A stretch of DNA of 64,000 nt from Patescibacteria group bacterium. GTDB lineage: Bacteria > Patescibacteriota > Patescibacteriia > Patescibacteriales > UBA12465. Below are positions 8,332 through 18,475 of this stretch, in pieces (position 1 is the stretch's first letter; each line of letters starts with the position of its first letter). The translations under genes and the position numbers were made by a program. The notes under the pieces were generated by a model. It worked only from the letters and a program-made list of their open reading frames with translations. It was not told where the DNA came from and searched no databases. The stretch is from assembly GCA_050949505.1 (NCBI GenBank), contig JBMNFV010000001.1, positions 30,284 through 94,283 of the forward strand, read 5' to 3'.

Positions 8332-11067
8332 TTAATAACAATTACCTTCGTCATTTAATTCACTAGTCCCTAAGCCGTAGCAGCAAGAAGGCGTCTCAAC
8401 TGACACTCCTTGGCAACCTGCCCCGGCGCTGGGCTTATAGCAATTTTGATAAATATCTTTAACTCCCGAGCCAACTTGCGCTTGATAGTTCATCGACTCT
8501 AATAAGGGAGTATGGTTTAAGTAGGTCACCGTTCGGTCTGGCTCACTATCATTATTAATATCTTCATTATTATTAGTTATCCAATAGCCAACCCGACTAT
8601 CACCCCCACTACGTAGATTAATCATCTTATGAACTGTTTTATTTTTTCCGGTGTCTATTATCCGTGAACCGGTAGTTAGAGAACTATTCATCATTAGAGT
8701 ATTCCAAACTATTTTAATCTGACTATCAGACTTTACCCCATACTCGTCTTGTCCTGGTCCAATTTCTTCTATTACTGGTGGATCTAAGTTGAGTTTATCG
8801 CTAACGAAGAAAGAAAAATGATAACTATCTTTTTCTTGATTAGCTGCCGAGTCTGACTGCTGCTCTTCACTATAGTGGTTGTCATTATGATAATTAAGTG
8901 GACCATCGGCAAAGCGATCCCGATTACCATCTAAAGAATTTAGCGATGCGTCTGTTAAGCCATTAGAAACAATATTAGCCATTGGATAATTTTTCCCTTC
9001 GCTATTTTGACAAGTGTTGTAGCCAAGACCGGAATCCCGACAGAGACTGTAAGGGGCGTAAGACAAGCAGTCATCATTACTATAACAAGTTTTTAAATCA
9101 GCGGCCTCTAGCTCTACCAATAAGTGACTATTGGGCGGTAAGCAATAAATTTCCTCGCCACAAGCATTGACCCCACAGGTTTCATCAGAAATGAATTCTA
9201 AAGTTCTAAACTGATTGCTGAGCATAAATTTCCCCGCTAGATAGTCTCCTACGCAAACCTTTTCCCCTAAGCCCTCACACTTATACGAGCGACACTCTTC
9301 ATTAGCTAAGCAAGTTTCGCCCGCTAACTTAGCTTGAGAATTGTAATTAATTACCCGCACATAGTCAGCCACCTCCTTAGCCAGTCCTGAGATCTGAAGC
9401 GGATTCATCGTTTTGTCAAAATTTAATTGAATAACCGTATTCATGGGCACATCTTGACGATGATTAATTCTAGAAATTTTAGATCGATCGACTCCTCCTG
9501 AGAATTGACTTACCACCCTAATGGCCTCCTGATTGCTCACGGCTATCTTTAAATTATTACCCTGATTACCCGCCTGTTTCGCCTTGATCTTTAAACGAGT
9601 GTCACTAATTTTTTCCAGCTCAACCTGCTCACTGCCGCTTAAGGCTACATAAATATTCTCCACTATTTTCTCAGCCCGACAATCTTCTGGATATTGAATA
9701 TAGCTTCCTCCGGCATTTGGTGAGAAGGTGTAAATATCTCCACCAATAGTTAAGGTGTCAGCAGATCGTTCTGGCTGCATAGTGACTAGCCAAGAATTGC
9801 CTGCCTGTCTTTCTGGAGCAGTTAAAACAAAGAAAGGAGAAAACTTAGCGGTCCCCTCACTATCAAAGTCGGCTGCCCCTAATAAATTATTATTATCATC
9901 AAAAAGTTGAGCCCGGTTGTTATCCCCGCTAGTAATTTGAACAATAAACTTAGTTAACTCCCCTTTGTAAGTTAACGCTCCCGCTGTAGCCTCGTTGCCC
10001 CCTGATCGCGACTCAACTGATAGAATCTTAGCTGACTGATATGCTTGCGGACAAGATAAAACTTCAATAACCGCCTCCGCGGCTTCGGCAGGGTTAAGTA
10101 GGGTCTCTGAGTCTTTCTCATTGTCTGGCCGCGGTGCTAAGCTCCGATAAATAGTTTGTGGCGGCGTTAGGTCTAGCCTTCCTCCAACTTCAAATCCCCA
10201 AACAAAGCCCTTGGTAGCACAGTCTCTGAAGACTGACTGACCTTCAAGTCCTTTAATCTGATCAGTTAATTTCACTAAATATTTAACTTGATTATTCTGC
10301 TCTCCTAAATAGGCCTTAGGTACCAAGAAAATGGTTTTCTCATCTAAAGAGATGCTTAGATTAATATCCACCACATTGCTGCTATGACTAGGGCAGGAGC
10401 TAGCTCCACAAGAGTCTCCTAGGTCCTCCCGATAGACTCTAATCACATTTGAATTGAGGAGGTCACAGCCCTTGGTTCCACATTCACAAGTTCGCCGATC
10501 TTGATTAACGCATAATCCTTCTGAAGAAATTTCCTCTTTAAAATTAATGATAATCGCCGTGTTGCGCGGAACATCTCGTTGATTATTTTCTGGATAAACA
10601 GTTTCTAGGGCGCAATTACCGATGGCTCCAAAGCCATGACTACCAATTTCTCCTGAAGGAGCAGGCCTAAAGGGAATAACTGGCGCCAAAGACCCGGAGG
10701 CTTGTCCTAATTTATAGATAATAAAAGTAACGATTCCCCAAGAGGACATAATAATAATTAAACCGATAACCGCATTTTTTAAAATCCCCTTAGCCTTATC
10801 TATCTTTTCCTCATTACCCGCTGAGGTCATCCACAAAAATCCTGCATAAAGCACTAGGCTTAGTGCTAGTATTCCCAAAAAACCAAGAGCAATTTGAATA
10901 ATTCTAGCCGCCAACATTCTGGGGTCTGTCCCAGCCTCTCCCAAGGCTCCATCTAAACCCTCATCCATGGTTTCTATTCCTAAATCCTGAGCTCCAGCTA
11001 TTTTCACTAAAAATAGCAGAAAAATTAAGAACAGGCTAAAAATAATTAACTTTTTTTTCTTATTCAT
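8332..11067 (-). CDS. giant (911 aa) surface protein: N-terminal VirB2/TrbC-like pilin module fused to Big/SbsA-Ig-like and Cys-rich ectodomain
   Basis: Signal peptide (..IAGA|QD), then TDPRMLAARIIQIALGFLGILALSLVLYAGFLWMTSAGNEEKIDKAKGILKNAVIGLIIIMSSWGIVTFII. The ectodomain has repeated V-P-x-N-T-x-I-x-x-x-F segments (DVPRNTAIIINFKEEIS; DVPMNTVIQLNFDKTMN) and Cys knots (CLANEECRSYKCEGLGEKVCVG; C-terminal CQGVSVETPSCCYG..GNCY). Confidence 0.85.
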   Translation of the reverse strand: MNKKKKLIIFSLFLIFLLFLVKIAGAQDLGIETMDEGLDGALGEAGTDPRMLAARIIQIALGFLGILALSLVLYAGFLWMTSAGNEEKIDKAKGILKNAVIGLIIIMSSWGIVTFIIYKLGQASGSLAPVIPFRPAPSGEIGSHGFGAIGNCALETVYPENNQRDVPRNTAIIINFKEEISSEGLCVNQDRRTCECGTKGCDLLNSNVIRVYREDLGDSCGASSCPSHSSNVVDINLSISLDEKTIFLVPKAYLGEQNNQVKYLVKLTDQIKGLEGQSVFRDCATKGFVWGFEVGGRLDLTPPQTIYRSLAPRPDNEKDSETLLNPAEAAEAVIEVLSCPQAYQSAKILSVESRSGGNEATAGALTYKGELTKFIVQITSGDNNRAQLFDDNNNLLGAADFDSEGTAKFSPFFVLTAPERQAGNSWLVTMQPERSADTLTIGGDIYTFSPNAGGSYIQYPEDCRAEKIVENIYVALSGSEQVELEKISDTRLKIKAKQAGNQGNNLKIAVSNQEAIRVVSQFSGGVDRSKISRINHRQDVPMNTVIQLNFDKTMNPLQISGLAKEVADYVRVINYNSQAKLAGETCLANEECRSYKCEGLGEKVCVGDYLAGKFMLSNQFRTLEFISDETCGVNACGEEIYCLPPNSHLLVELEAADLKTCYSNDDCLSYAPYSLCRDSGLGYNTCQNSEGKNYPMANIVSNGLTDASLNSLDGNRDRFADGPLNYHNDNHYSEEQQSDSAANQEKDSYHFSFFVSDKLNLDPPVIEEIGPGQDEYGVKSDSQIKIVWNTLMMNSSLTTGSRIIDTGKNKTVHKMINLRSGGDSRVGYWITNNNEDINNDSEPDRTVTYLNHTPLLESMNYQAQVGSGVKDIYQNCYKPSAGAGCQGVSVETPSCCYGLGTSELNDEGNCY

Positions 11068-11100
11068 TTGAATTAAAACCTTTTAATTTGTTTAATTTTT

Positions 11101-11109
11101 TGCTATAAT
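11101..11109 (+). promoter_or_regulatory. candidate extended -10 promoter TGCTATAAT for rel
   Basis: TGCTATAAT lies 70 nt upstream of the ATG at 11179. The same 9-mer recurs upstream of other genes in this window. Confidence 0.45.
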
Positions 11110-11121
11110 TTATTCACCACA

Positions 11122-11130
11122 ATTATAACA
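11122..11130 (-). promoter_or_regulatory. candidate extended -10 promoter (TGTTATAAT on minus strand) for the giant-protein operon
   Basis: The reverse complement of attataaca is TGTTATAAT. It lies about 55 nt upstream of the ATG at 11067 and no other gene intervenes. Confidence 0.4.
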
Positions 11131-11178
11131 TAAATGGCAAAAAAAAAGAAATAATCTTAACTGAGATTTGGCAAATTT

Positions 11179-12651
11179 ATGACTATTGAGCGAGTAATAA
11201 AAAAATTCCAAGACAACTACCCCGAAGTAGATACTAGTTCTCTTAATCGGGCTTATTTATTTGCCGAAGAAGCTCATCGGGGTCAACTGCGAAAAAATGG
11301 CGAACCTTATATCCAGCACCCCTTACACACTGCTTACATTCTCGCGGAAATAAAGTCTGACCTAGCGACTGTCACTGCTGGTATTTTACATGACGTTCCC
11401 GAAGATACTGATAAAACCATTGAAGAAGTCAAAGAAAACTTCGGACCCGAAGTCTATAATCTAGTTAAAGGGGTAACAAAGTTAGGAAAAATTAAATACC
11501 GTGGCATTGAGCGCTATCGCGAAAACTTAAAAAAAATGTTTTTAGCCATGGCTAATGACCTGCGCGTTATTTCCATTAAATTCTGTGACCGAGTACATAA
11601 TCTTCGCACTCTAGAAAATCTCCCTCCGGAAAAGCAAAAAAGAATCACTCAAGAAACCTTAGAAATTTATGCCCCCATTGCTGGACTGTTAGGAATTGGT
11701 CGTCTTAAATGGCAAATGGAAGACATTTGCTTTAAATACCTCTACCCTGAAGAGTTTCATGAAATAGAATACAAATATGAAGTTGAAAAACGCGCGGAAC
11801 GCAATCGCTTCTTTCAAAAAGTCAAAGACCTATTGGTCCCTCGCTTAGAAGAAGCTGGCATTAGTCATGAAATAGAAGTTAGGTTTAAACACCTGTACAG
11901 CATTTATCAAAAAATGCAAGAGAAGGATAAGGAGTTTCATGAAATTTATGATGTCTTTGGCTTAAGAGTAATCGTCTCTTCGGTAAGTGATTGTTATAAA
12001 ACCCTGGGAATCATTCACTCTCTCTGGCACCCTAAATCCAACCGCTTTAAAGACTATATCTCCTTGCCTAAACCTAACGGCTACCAGTCTCTTCATACCA
12101 CTATTTTTGGTCCAGAGGGAAAGCTAGCTGAGTTTCAGATTAGAACTAAAAAAATGCATGAGGAGTCTATTTACGGACTATCGGCTCATTGGTATTATAA
12201 GTCTCGTGGTGAAAACCTTAACTACGAACCCCCTGCTTGGGTAAAGGAAATTATTGACTTACAGAAAGAAATTAGTAATACCAATGAACTAGTTAAAAAT
12301 ATTAAAATGGATATTTTCCGGGATCGTATTTTTATCTTCTCTCCCAAGGGTGATGTTTTTGAACTTCCAGAAAAAGCCACTCCCGTTGACTTTGCTTACG
12401 CTGTTCATAGCAATGTTGGCAACAAGGCCTCCGGGGCAATTATTAATAATAAGCTAGGGCGCTTGGATCAAGAATTAAAAAATGGCGATCTAGTCCAAAT
12501 TATTATTGAAAAAAACCGTGAATACCCTAATAAAGACTGGTTAAAATTTGTCAAAACTCGTCGAGCCCGTAATCGGATTAAGCAATTTGCCAAGCAATCT
12601 AACTTAGATAAGCTAAAAAACTTTATCCCAGGAATTAAATCCAAGCATTAG
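11179..12651 (+). CDS. rel: bifunctional (p)ppGpp synthetase/hydrolase, RelA/SpoT homolog (short form)
   Basis: HD hydrolase motifs (HRGQLRKNGEPYIQHPL, HDVPEDT), a RelA_SpoT synthetase core (YDVFGLRVIV..PKPNGYQSLHTTI) and a TGS-like segment (IFIFSPKGDVFELPEKATPVDFAYAVHSNVG). At 490 aa there is no long C-terminal regulatory region. Confidence 0.9.
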   Translation: MTIERVIKKFQDNYPEVDTSSLNRAYLFAEEAHRGQLRKNGEPYIQHPLHTAYILAEIKSDLATVTAGILHDVPEDTDKTIEEVKENFGPEVYNLVKGVTKLGKIKYRGIERYRENLKKMFLAMANDLRVISIKFCDRVHNLRTLENLPPEKQKRITQETLEIYAPIAGLLGIGRLKWQMEDICFKYLYPEEFHEIEYKYEVEKRAERNRFFQKVKDLLVPRLEEAGISHEIEVRFKHLYSIYQKMQEKDKEFHEIYDVFGLRVIVSSVSDCYKTLGIIHSLWHPKSNRFKDYISLPKPNGYQSLHTTIFGPEGKLAEFQIRTKKMHEESIYGLSAHWYYKSRGENLNYEPPAWVKEIIDLQKEISNTNELVKNIKMDIFRDRIFIFSPKGDVFELPEKATPVDFAYAVHSNVGNKASGAIINNKLGRLDQELKNGDLVQIIIEKNREYPNKDWLKFVKTRRARNRIKQFAKQSNLDKLKNFIPGIKSKH

Positions 12652-12665
12652 CTTTAAAATTAAAA

Positions 12666-12705
12666 TAAAAAAACAAGTTCTTAAACACTAGAACTTGTTT
12701 TTTTA
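12666..12705. terminator. bidirectional rho-independent terminator between convergent rel and rpsU
   Basis: aaaaaaACAAGTTCttaaacactaGAACTTGTttttttt: an 8-bp stem flanked by an A-run and a T-run. Confidence 0.7.
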
Positions 12706-12723
12706 ATACCCTAACTATAAAGC

Positions 12724-12957
12724 TTAGGACCGAGTATTGCTTTCTGGTAACTTACCAATTCGTCTTAAATATTCATTCTTCTTACCCAACTCCAAACTGG
12801 CGAGGGCGTACTTTTTTTGCAATCTCTTAGTGCTTTTAGGTTCTAAAAATTTTTCTGACCTAGCTTTTTCTAATCGCTTGCTATTTCTCAGGCCTTTTCT
12901 AAATTTTCGCAAAAAACTTTCAAAGCTTTCTCCTGGTTTTCTTTTAAACTCCGCCAT
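12724..12957 (-). CDS. rpsU: 30S ribosomal protein S21
   Basis: 77 aa and basic. ESFESFLRKFRKGLRNSKRLEKARSEKFLEPKSTKRLQKK parallels the S21 pattern (E.F..ALRRFKR......E.R.R..YEKP...RKR.K). Confidence 0.8.
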   Translation of the reverse strand: MAEFKRKPGESFESFLRKFRKGLRNSKRLEKARSEKFLEPKSTKRLQKKYALASLELGKKNEYLRRIGKLPESNTRS

Positions 12958-12973
12958 AATTCCACTCTCCTTT

Positions 12974-14335
12974 CTATTTTTTATTAATTAATTTTTTTTC
13001 AATTGCTTTTTCTCGCCTTTTCAAGCGATCAACTATCTTTTTGGCCACGATTGTTTCTTGGGCCCCTGACTCTAAGTCTCTCATTAAAATCGTGCCATCT
13101 AAAATTTCTTTTTTACCTAGAATTAAACAAACTTTGGCCTGCAGGGCACTAGCTTCTTCTAGTTGCTGCTTAAGGCTATCAGTCACAAAAGAATAATGAA
13201 CTAGAAAGCCTGCTTCCTTTAACTCCTGAAAGAGACTAATCGCTCTTATTTTAGCTTGATCACCTAATTGAGCAAGAAAGATTATATCCTCCTCGGCTGA
13301 TTTTGTCAATTGCTGCTTATCTTTTAGTCGAGCCATAATCCTCTCCACTCCCAAAGACAAGCCGAAAGCTAGAATTTCTGGACCACCCAGCGTGTTAGCT
13401 AGCGAGTCATAGCGACCACCGCCACCAAGGGCTAATCTACTTTGAGCTAAACCTTTGTCGTTAATTGGCCAATATTCAAAAACTGTATCGTTGTAATAAT
13501 TTAAGCCCCTAACTAAATGTGGATTAAAATTATAATTAACCCCCAGTTCATCTAAGTATTCTAAGGTTTTGGCAAAATATTCCTTGCTCTCATTAGATAG
13601 ATAGTCCGCTATTTGCGGAGCTTCTTCGCGCTCCTTAACACAGGCACTCTCCTGACAATCAAGCAAGCTTAAAGCATTTTTGCCCAAACTATTTTTACAA
13701 GCCGCACATAATTTAGCTCGCCGACCGCGTTCTTTGTAAAAAGCATTCAACTTTCCTAGATATTCTTTGCGACACTCGGCTGTTCCTAAGCTATTGATCT
13801 GCAACTGAACATTAATTTTCAATTCTTGAAAGAAATTATAGACCACCGCCATGGTGACCGCTTCAGTAATTGGTTTCTTTTCGCCAATAATCTCTAGATT
13901 GAATTGGGTAGACTCCCGGTAATGCCCTGCTTGTAATTTCTCATACCTAAAAACTGGTCCCAATGAAAAAAATCTAGCCAAACCAGCTTCTCTAAGAGTT
14001 TCGTTTTCTAAAAACAGCCGTAAACTACCTTGAGTCAATTCTGGTCGTAAAACAATCTTCTCACTTTTAGCGCCTTCAATGAAATAAAATTCCTGGTCAT
14101 TATTACGCCTGGTAGACTTCTTGTATAGGTTATAACTTTCTAATATCGGCGTTCTAATTTCTGAAAAACCTGAAGTTTTAGCCAATTTAACTAGTTCACC
14201 AGCAATGAGCTCATAGGCTAGCTGTTCGTTAGCAAAGAAATCTTTCATGCCTAGTAATTTGGGAATTATTTTCTCTGCCTTAGGTTCTGGTTTTTTCGCC
14301 ACTGAACGAGTGGTAGTCTTTTTTTGTTGCGACAT
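12974..14335 (-). CDS. hisS: histidine--tRNA ligase
   Basis: Class II HisRS motifs: LRPELTQG, FRYEKLQAGHYRESTQFNLE, GGGGRYDSL. Confidence 0.9.
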   Translation of the reverse strand: MSQQKKTTTRSVAKKPEPKAEKIIPKLLGMKDFFANEQLAYELIAGELVKLAKTSGFSEIRTPILESYNLYKKSTRRNNDQEFYFIEGAKSEKIVLRPELTQGSLRLFLENETLREAGLARFFSLGPVFRYEKLQAGHYRESTQFNLEIIGEKKPITEAVTMAVVYNFFQELKINVQLQINSLGTAECRKEYLGKLNAFYKERGRRAKLCAACKNSLGKNALSLLDCQESACVKEREEAPQIADYLSNESKEYFAKTLEYLDELGVNYNFNPHLVRGLNYYNDTVFEYWPINDKGLAQSRLALGGGGRYDSLANTLGGPEILAFGLSLGVERIMARLKDKQQLTKSAEEDIIFLAQLGDQAKIRAISLFQELKEAGFLVHYSFVTDSLKQQLEEASALQAKVCLILGKKEILDGTILMRDLESGAQETIVAKKIVDRLKRREKAIEKKLINKK

Positions 14336-14365
14336 ATTAACTAATGATAAATAAATTTAATTAAC

Positions 14366-14944
14366 TTAAAGTGGTGCTAGCTCATACTGTGGCCAATGAC
14401 TAGCCTTAAATAACTGGGCTTGGCTAAAGGGCCAACCTCTTAACAAAACTTTACCGATAATAAAGCTTTTATCAACTACTCCAAAATAACGAGAGTCTCG
14501 TGAAGCGCCCCGATTATCCCCTAATACAAAGAACTCATTCTCACCCACTTCCACTCGTTCGCTGCTCTCACTAAAGGTCATTCCTTCCGTCTCTAAATAT
14601 TGTTCTGGTAAAACAAAGCCCTCTGGATAAACCTGATTAAAAACTATTACCTGCCCATCAATAATTTGCACGGACTCCCCTGGTAGACCTACTATTCTTT
14701 TAATAAAATATTCTTGGGGGTTACGAGGATAGCGGAAGACAATGACCTGCCCCCGAGTTGGTTCAGTAAAACGATAGCTAAGCTCATCAATAATTAGATA
14801 GTCACGGTCATGAAAATTTGGCACCATGGAGTCGCCTTTAACAAAAAAGGGTTGAATTAAAAAGTGGCGAATGGGAATAATGATTGCTGCTGAAATTAAG
14901 GCCACCTTAATTAGCTCCCAAGTAAAGGAGAAAAAGTTTTTCAT
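14366..14944 (-). CDS. lepB: signal peptidase I
   Basis: N-terminal TM, GDSMVPN (catalytic Ser box), KRIVGLPGE (Lys box), GDNRGASRDSR. Confidence 0.9.
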   Translation of the reverse strand: MKNFFSFTWELIKVALISAAIIIPIRHFLIQPFFVKGDSMVPNFHDRDYLIIDELSYRFTEPTRGQVIVFRYPRNPQEYFIKRIVGLPGESVQIIDGQVIVFNQVYPEGFVLPEQYLETEGMTFSESSERVEVGENEFFVLGDNRGASRDSRYFGVVDKSFIIGKVLLRGWPFSQAQLFKASHWPQYELAPL

Positions 14945-15031
14945 AACTTATTTAAGTTTAGTCAGTTAATAAAATCTTTCGGTAATAAGAAGGATTATAG
15001 TAAAAAATAGAGAAAAAATCAACCAGCCTTT

Positions 15032-16090
15032 TTAATAAATAAACATCGCATCACCATAACTAAAAAACCGATACTCATTTTCAATTGCCAATTGATAAAC
15101 TTTTTTAGTAGTTTCTAGCCCTAAATAAGCACTAACTAGCATCAATAAACTAGACTGAGGCAGATGAAAATTAGTAATTAAAGCATCCACTATTTTAAAC
15201 TGATAACCTGGGTAAATAAAAATATTGGTCCATTGAGCTTGATCACTAAGTTGACTTTCTTGGGCTAACTTCTGCCAGTTAAGTGACTCCAGAGCCCGAC
15301 AAGCTGTTGTCCCTACCGCAATCACTCGCCCTCCTCGTCGTTTGGTTTCTAAAATCTGAGCGATCGTTTCCTGACTAAGTTGCAGGTACTCTTGATGTAT
15401 TTTAAAGTCAGTAATCCGGGGAGTTTTTACTGGCGCAAAAGTTCCCAGACCAACATGGAGGGTTAGGTAGGCTAAGTCCACTCCTTGGCTCTTAATCTGT
15501 TTCAATAATCTTTTAGTAAAATGTAAGCCGGCTGTTGGCGCCGCTACCGAACCTACCTGCTGATCACTAGCAAAGACTGTTTGGTATCTTTTTTTATCAC
15601 TCGCTCGCTGCTTAGTTCTTTTTATATAGGGCGGCAAAGGCACTTCGCCTATTTTCTCTATTGTTGCCCAAAACTTTTCTGGATGGAGATTGAAATTAAG
15701 CAAGTAGGTGCCCGCTTGATTCTTAGCGACCAGCCGAGCCTGACAGGACTGGTCTAATTTAATTATTTGCCCCACCGATACCTGCCCCCGAAGCAGGCAC
15801 TCCCAATTAGCTTCTTTTTGACGTAATAAAAAAATCTCTACCCGTCCACCAGTTTCCTTATGCCCTATCAGTCTAGCTGGAAAAACTTTAGAATTATTTA
15901 ACACTAATAAATCACCCGGACGGAGATAATTTAATATTTGATAAAACCGCTGATGAGCAATCTCACCAGTCTGGCGATTGATGCTTAATAATCTTGACTT
16001 ATCCCGAGGATTAATTGGCTTTTGAGCAATTAAAGCTGGCGGCAAGTCATAATCAAATTCTGTTAATAATAATTCCTGTGGTTTAGTCAT
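15032..16090 (-). CDS. queA: S-adenosylmethionine:tRNA ribosyltransferase-isomerase
   Basis: [24 protein letters not shown] and [13 protein letters not shown] motifs; typical length. Confidence 0.9.
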   Translation of the reverse strand: MTKPQELLLTEFDYDLPPALIAQKPINPRDKSRLLSINRQTGEIAHQRFYQILNYLRPGDLLVLNNSKVFPARLIGHKETGGRVEIFLLRQKEANWECLLRGQVSVGQIIKLDQSCQARLVAKNQAGTYLLNFNLHPEKFWATIEKIGEVPLPPYIKRTKQRASDKKRYQTVFASDQQVGSVAAPTAGLHFTKRLLKQIKSQGVDLAYLTLHVGLGTFAPVKTPRITDFKIHQEYLQLSQETIAQILETKRRGGRVIAVGTTACRALESLNWQKLAQESQLSDQAQWTNIFIYPGYQFKIVDALITNFHLPQSSLLMLVSAYLGLETTKKVYQLAIENEYRFFSYGDAMFIY

Positions 16091-17087
16091 CTAAAGTTCG
16101 TCCTAAATGTTTATACCCTAAAGCCGTAATGACTCGCCCCCGCGGTGAACGATCTAAAAACCCTAACTGCATTAAATAAGGTTCATATACTTCTTCTATT
16201 GTCTTCATCTCCTCACCAGTGGTGGCGGCTAAGGTATTAAGCCCCACTGGTCCACCTTTAAATTTATCAGCAATAATCTCCAAAATGCGTCGATCAACTA
16301 AATCCAGACCTAGCTCATCAACTGCTAACAACTTAAAAGCCTCTAGCGAATCGGCTAAGTCTATCCGCCCATCCCCCTTCACCTCACAATAGTCCCTCAC
16401 TCGTTTAAGCAGGCGATTAGCTATTCGGGGAGTGCGGCGACTGCGAACCGCAATCGCAGTTTTGGCCTCAGCGACAATTCCTATATCTAAAATTTTAGCA
16501 CTCCGAGCAATTATCTTTTCTATATCCTTTGTTTCATAGAAGCTAAGATGATGGGTAATACCAAAACGATCACGTAGTGGCGCTGACAAACTGCTAGCTA
16601 ACGTGGTCGCTCCAATAATCGTAAATTTAGGTAAGTCTAGACGCAGAGTCCGAGCACTTGGTCCCTTGCCCATCACTATATCCAAAGCAAAGTCCTCCAT
16701 GGCCGGATATAGTATCTCCTCCACCACCTTAGGCAGGCGATGAATTTCATCAATAAACAAAATCTCCCCTTCTTCTAGATTGCTTAAAATAGCGGCCAAG
16801 TCACCACTCTTCTCTATCGCTGGCCCTGAGGTCACCTTAATATTTTTCCCGGTCTCATTGGCAATCACGTGCGCTAGGGTGGTTTTCCCTAATCCCGGAG
16901 CGCCGTATAGCAAGACATGCTCTATCGGCTCTTGTCTTTTTTTAGCCGCCCCAATGGTAATTTCTAAATTAGCCTTAACCCGCTCCTGTCCGATATACTC
17001 CGCCAAGCTTTTAGGACGTAACGATAGATCTAAGGCCTCGTCGCCTAGCCTTTCAATGGGACTAACTAATCGCTCTTCTTCATGCAT
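16083..17087 (-). CDS. ruvB: Holliday junction branch migration helicase RuvB
   Basis: [16 protein letters not shown].., Walker [12 protein letters not shown], Walker B FIDEIHRL. Overlaps queA by 8 nt. Confidence 0.93.
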   Translation of the reverse strand: MHEEERLVSPIERLGDEALDLSLRPKSLAEYIGQERVKANLEITIGAAKKRQEPIEHVLLYGAPGLGKTTLAHVIANETGKNIKVTSGPAIEKSGDLAAILSNLEEGEILFIDEIHRLPKVVEEILYPAMEDFALDIVMGKGPSARTLRLDLPKFTIIGATTLASSLSAPLRDRFGITHHLSFYETKDIEKIIARSAKILDIGIVAEAKTAIAVRSRRTPRIANRLLKRVRDYCEVKGDGRIDLADSLEAFKLLAVDELGLDLVDRRILEIIADKFKGGPVGLNTLAATTGEEMKTIEEVYEPYLMQLGFLDRSPRGRVITALGYKHLGRTLDD

Positions 17088-17100
17088 ATTGCTAATAATT

Positions 17101-18372
17101 TTATTTTTTAAACTTAAGATTAGCCTTTAGCTTAGACTGATTAACCTCACCAATCAAGGCTAAGTTTAGTCGCGAATCAGTAAAATACTTCTTAGCTACC
17201 CTTAGCAGCTCTGGCCCCGTTATGGCTTGAACTATTTTTGCTACCGCATTGGGAGTTAAGGGAGTGGGGCGGTACAAGGCTTGCAAGGCATACCAATTAG
17301 CGACACTATCACTTCCTTCTAAGCCTAGCAACAAGCGGCCGCGAAGAATATCCTTGGCTCTTTTTAGCTCCTTGGCTGATACCAACTCTGTTGCTAGTCT
17401 CTGATGTTCCTGAAGAATAATTTTAACAGCTTCCTCAGTTTTATCTTTAGCCACTCCTGCCTGAGTAACTAGATAGCCTGAGTCTGAGTAAAATTCCGCT
17501 CTAGTTCTAACGTAATAGGCTAGACCATTTCTTTCCCGGAGATTAATAAACAAGCGAGAGCTCATTGAGCCGCCTAAAATAATGGCTAAGAGTTCTAATT
17601 TAAATTCATCTGCCTGACCGAGCTTAACCGTTCTTAGTCCTAAGGCTAAGGTAGTTTGGTCAGACTTTTTAGCTAAAATCTTCAATCGGGGAACTGTTTG
17701 TTTCTCAACTAGCCGGGGCAATTTATTAAACCGATGTTGAGAAAACTGACTAAAAGTCGTTTTAATTAATTTCTTGTCCGCTGCCTTGATCTCTCCGGCT
17801 ACGATTAGCTGAGCACTTTTTGCTCCATATTGAGCTTGTAAATAGTCTAGAAAGTCTTGTCGGGAAAAAGCTAAAATATTTTCTTTAGTGCCAATAATCT
17901 CTCGCCCAGCGGCTGTCCCCTCATACAAGCAACTCTCAAAAACATCACCAATATATAACTGAGGACTCTCACGGTACATATTTAACTCCTCTATGATCAC
18001 CCCCCGTTCTCGATCTATTTCCTCGCTAGTAAATAATGAGTTAAACATCATATCGCCTAAAATCTCTATTGCCTTCGGCAGCTTATTATTAACCACTTTC
18101 AGCCAGTAGCCGGTAAATTCCTTAGTAGTAAAGGCATTATACTCTCCTCCTAAAGAATCCAGCTCACTAGCTAAAGCTAAGGTGCTGGGGCGCTGACTAG
18201 TCCCCTTAAAAAACATGTGCTCCAGGAAATGAGACAAGCCATTAGTTTGCTCACTTTCATTCTTAGAGCCAGTTTTAAAAACTAATAAAACAGTGGTTAC
18301 CTTAGAACCTGGCAAGGGAACGGTAATTAACGGAACTTTATTGGGTAGTATTTCTATTTGATATTTGTTCAT
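17101..18372 (-). CDS. M16 (pitrilysin/insulinase) family zinc peptidase
   Basis: Inverted zinc motif [11 protein letters not shown] near the N-terminus; 423 aa. Confidence 0.8.
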   Translation of the reverse strand: MNKYQIEILPNKVPLITVPLPGSKVTTVLLVFKTGSKNESEQTNGLSHFLEHMFFKGTSQRPSTLALASELDSLGGEYNAFTTKEFTGYWLKVVNNKLPKAIEILGDMMFNSLFTSEEIDRERGVIIEELNMYRESPQLYIGDVFESCLYEGTAAGREIIGTKENILAFSRQDFLDYLQAQYGAKSAQLIVAGEIKAADKKLIKTTFSQFSQHRFNKLPRLVEKQTVPRLKILAKKSDQTTLALGLRTVKLGQADEFKLELLAIILGGSMSSRLFINLRERNGLAYYVRTRAEFYSDSGYLVTQAGVAKDKTEEAVKIILQEHQRLATELVSAKELKRAKDILRGRLLLGLEGSDSVANWYALQALYRPTPLTPNAVAKIVQAITGPELLRVAKKYFTDSRLNLALIGEVNQSKLKANLKFKK

Positions 18373-18475
18373 AAATTAGACAATCTTAATTAGTCTGTTC
18401 TAAACTTATCATATTTTTGCTATAATTTAAAGGTAGGCGTAATTTCGTCTTTTTAAAGTTATAATTTTACATCTT

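Noticed and set aside
4925-9170. Plus-strand ORFs 4925..5131, 6464..6670, 7892..8089 and 8982..9170, antisense to the giant genes.
   Set aside because: They are 62-68 aa, fully embedded antisense in long well-supported CDSs, and have no start context. For example, 7892..8089 is just the Pro/Leu-rich complement of the Gly-linker and pilin module.
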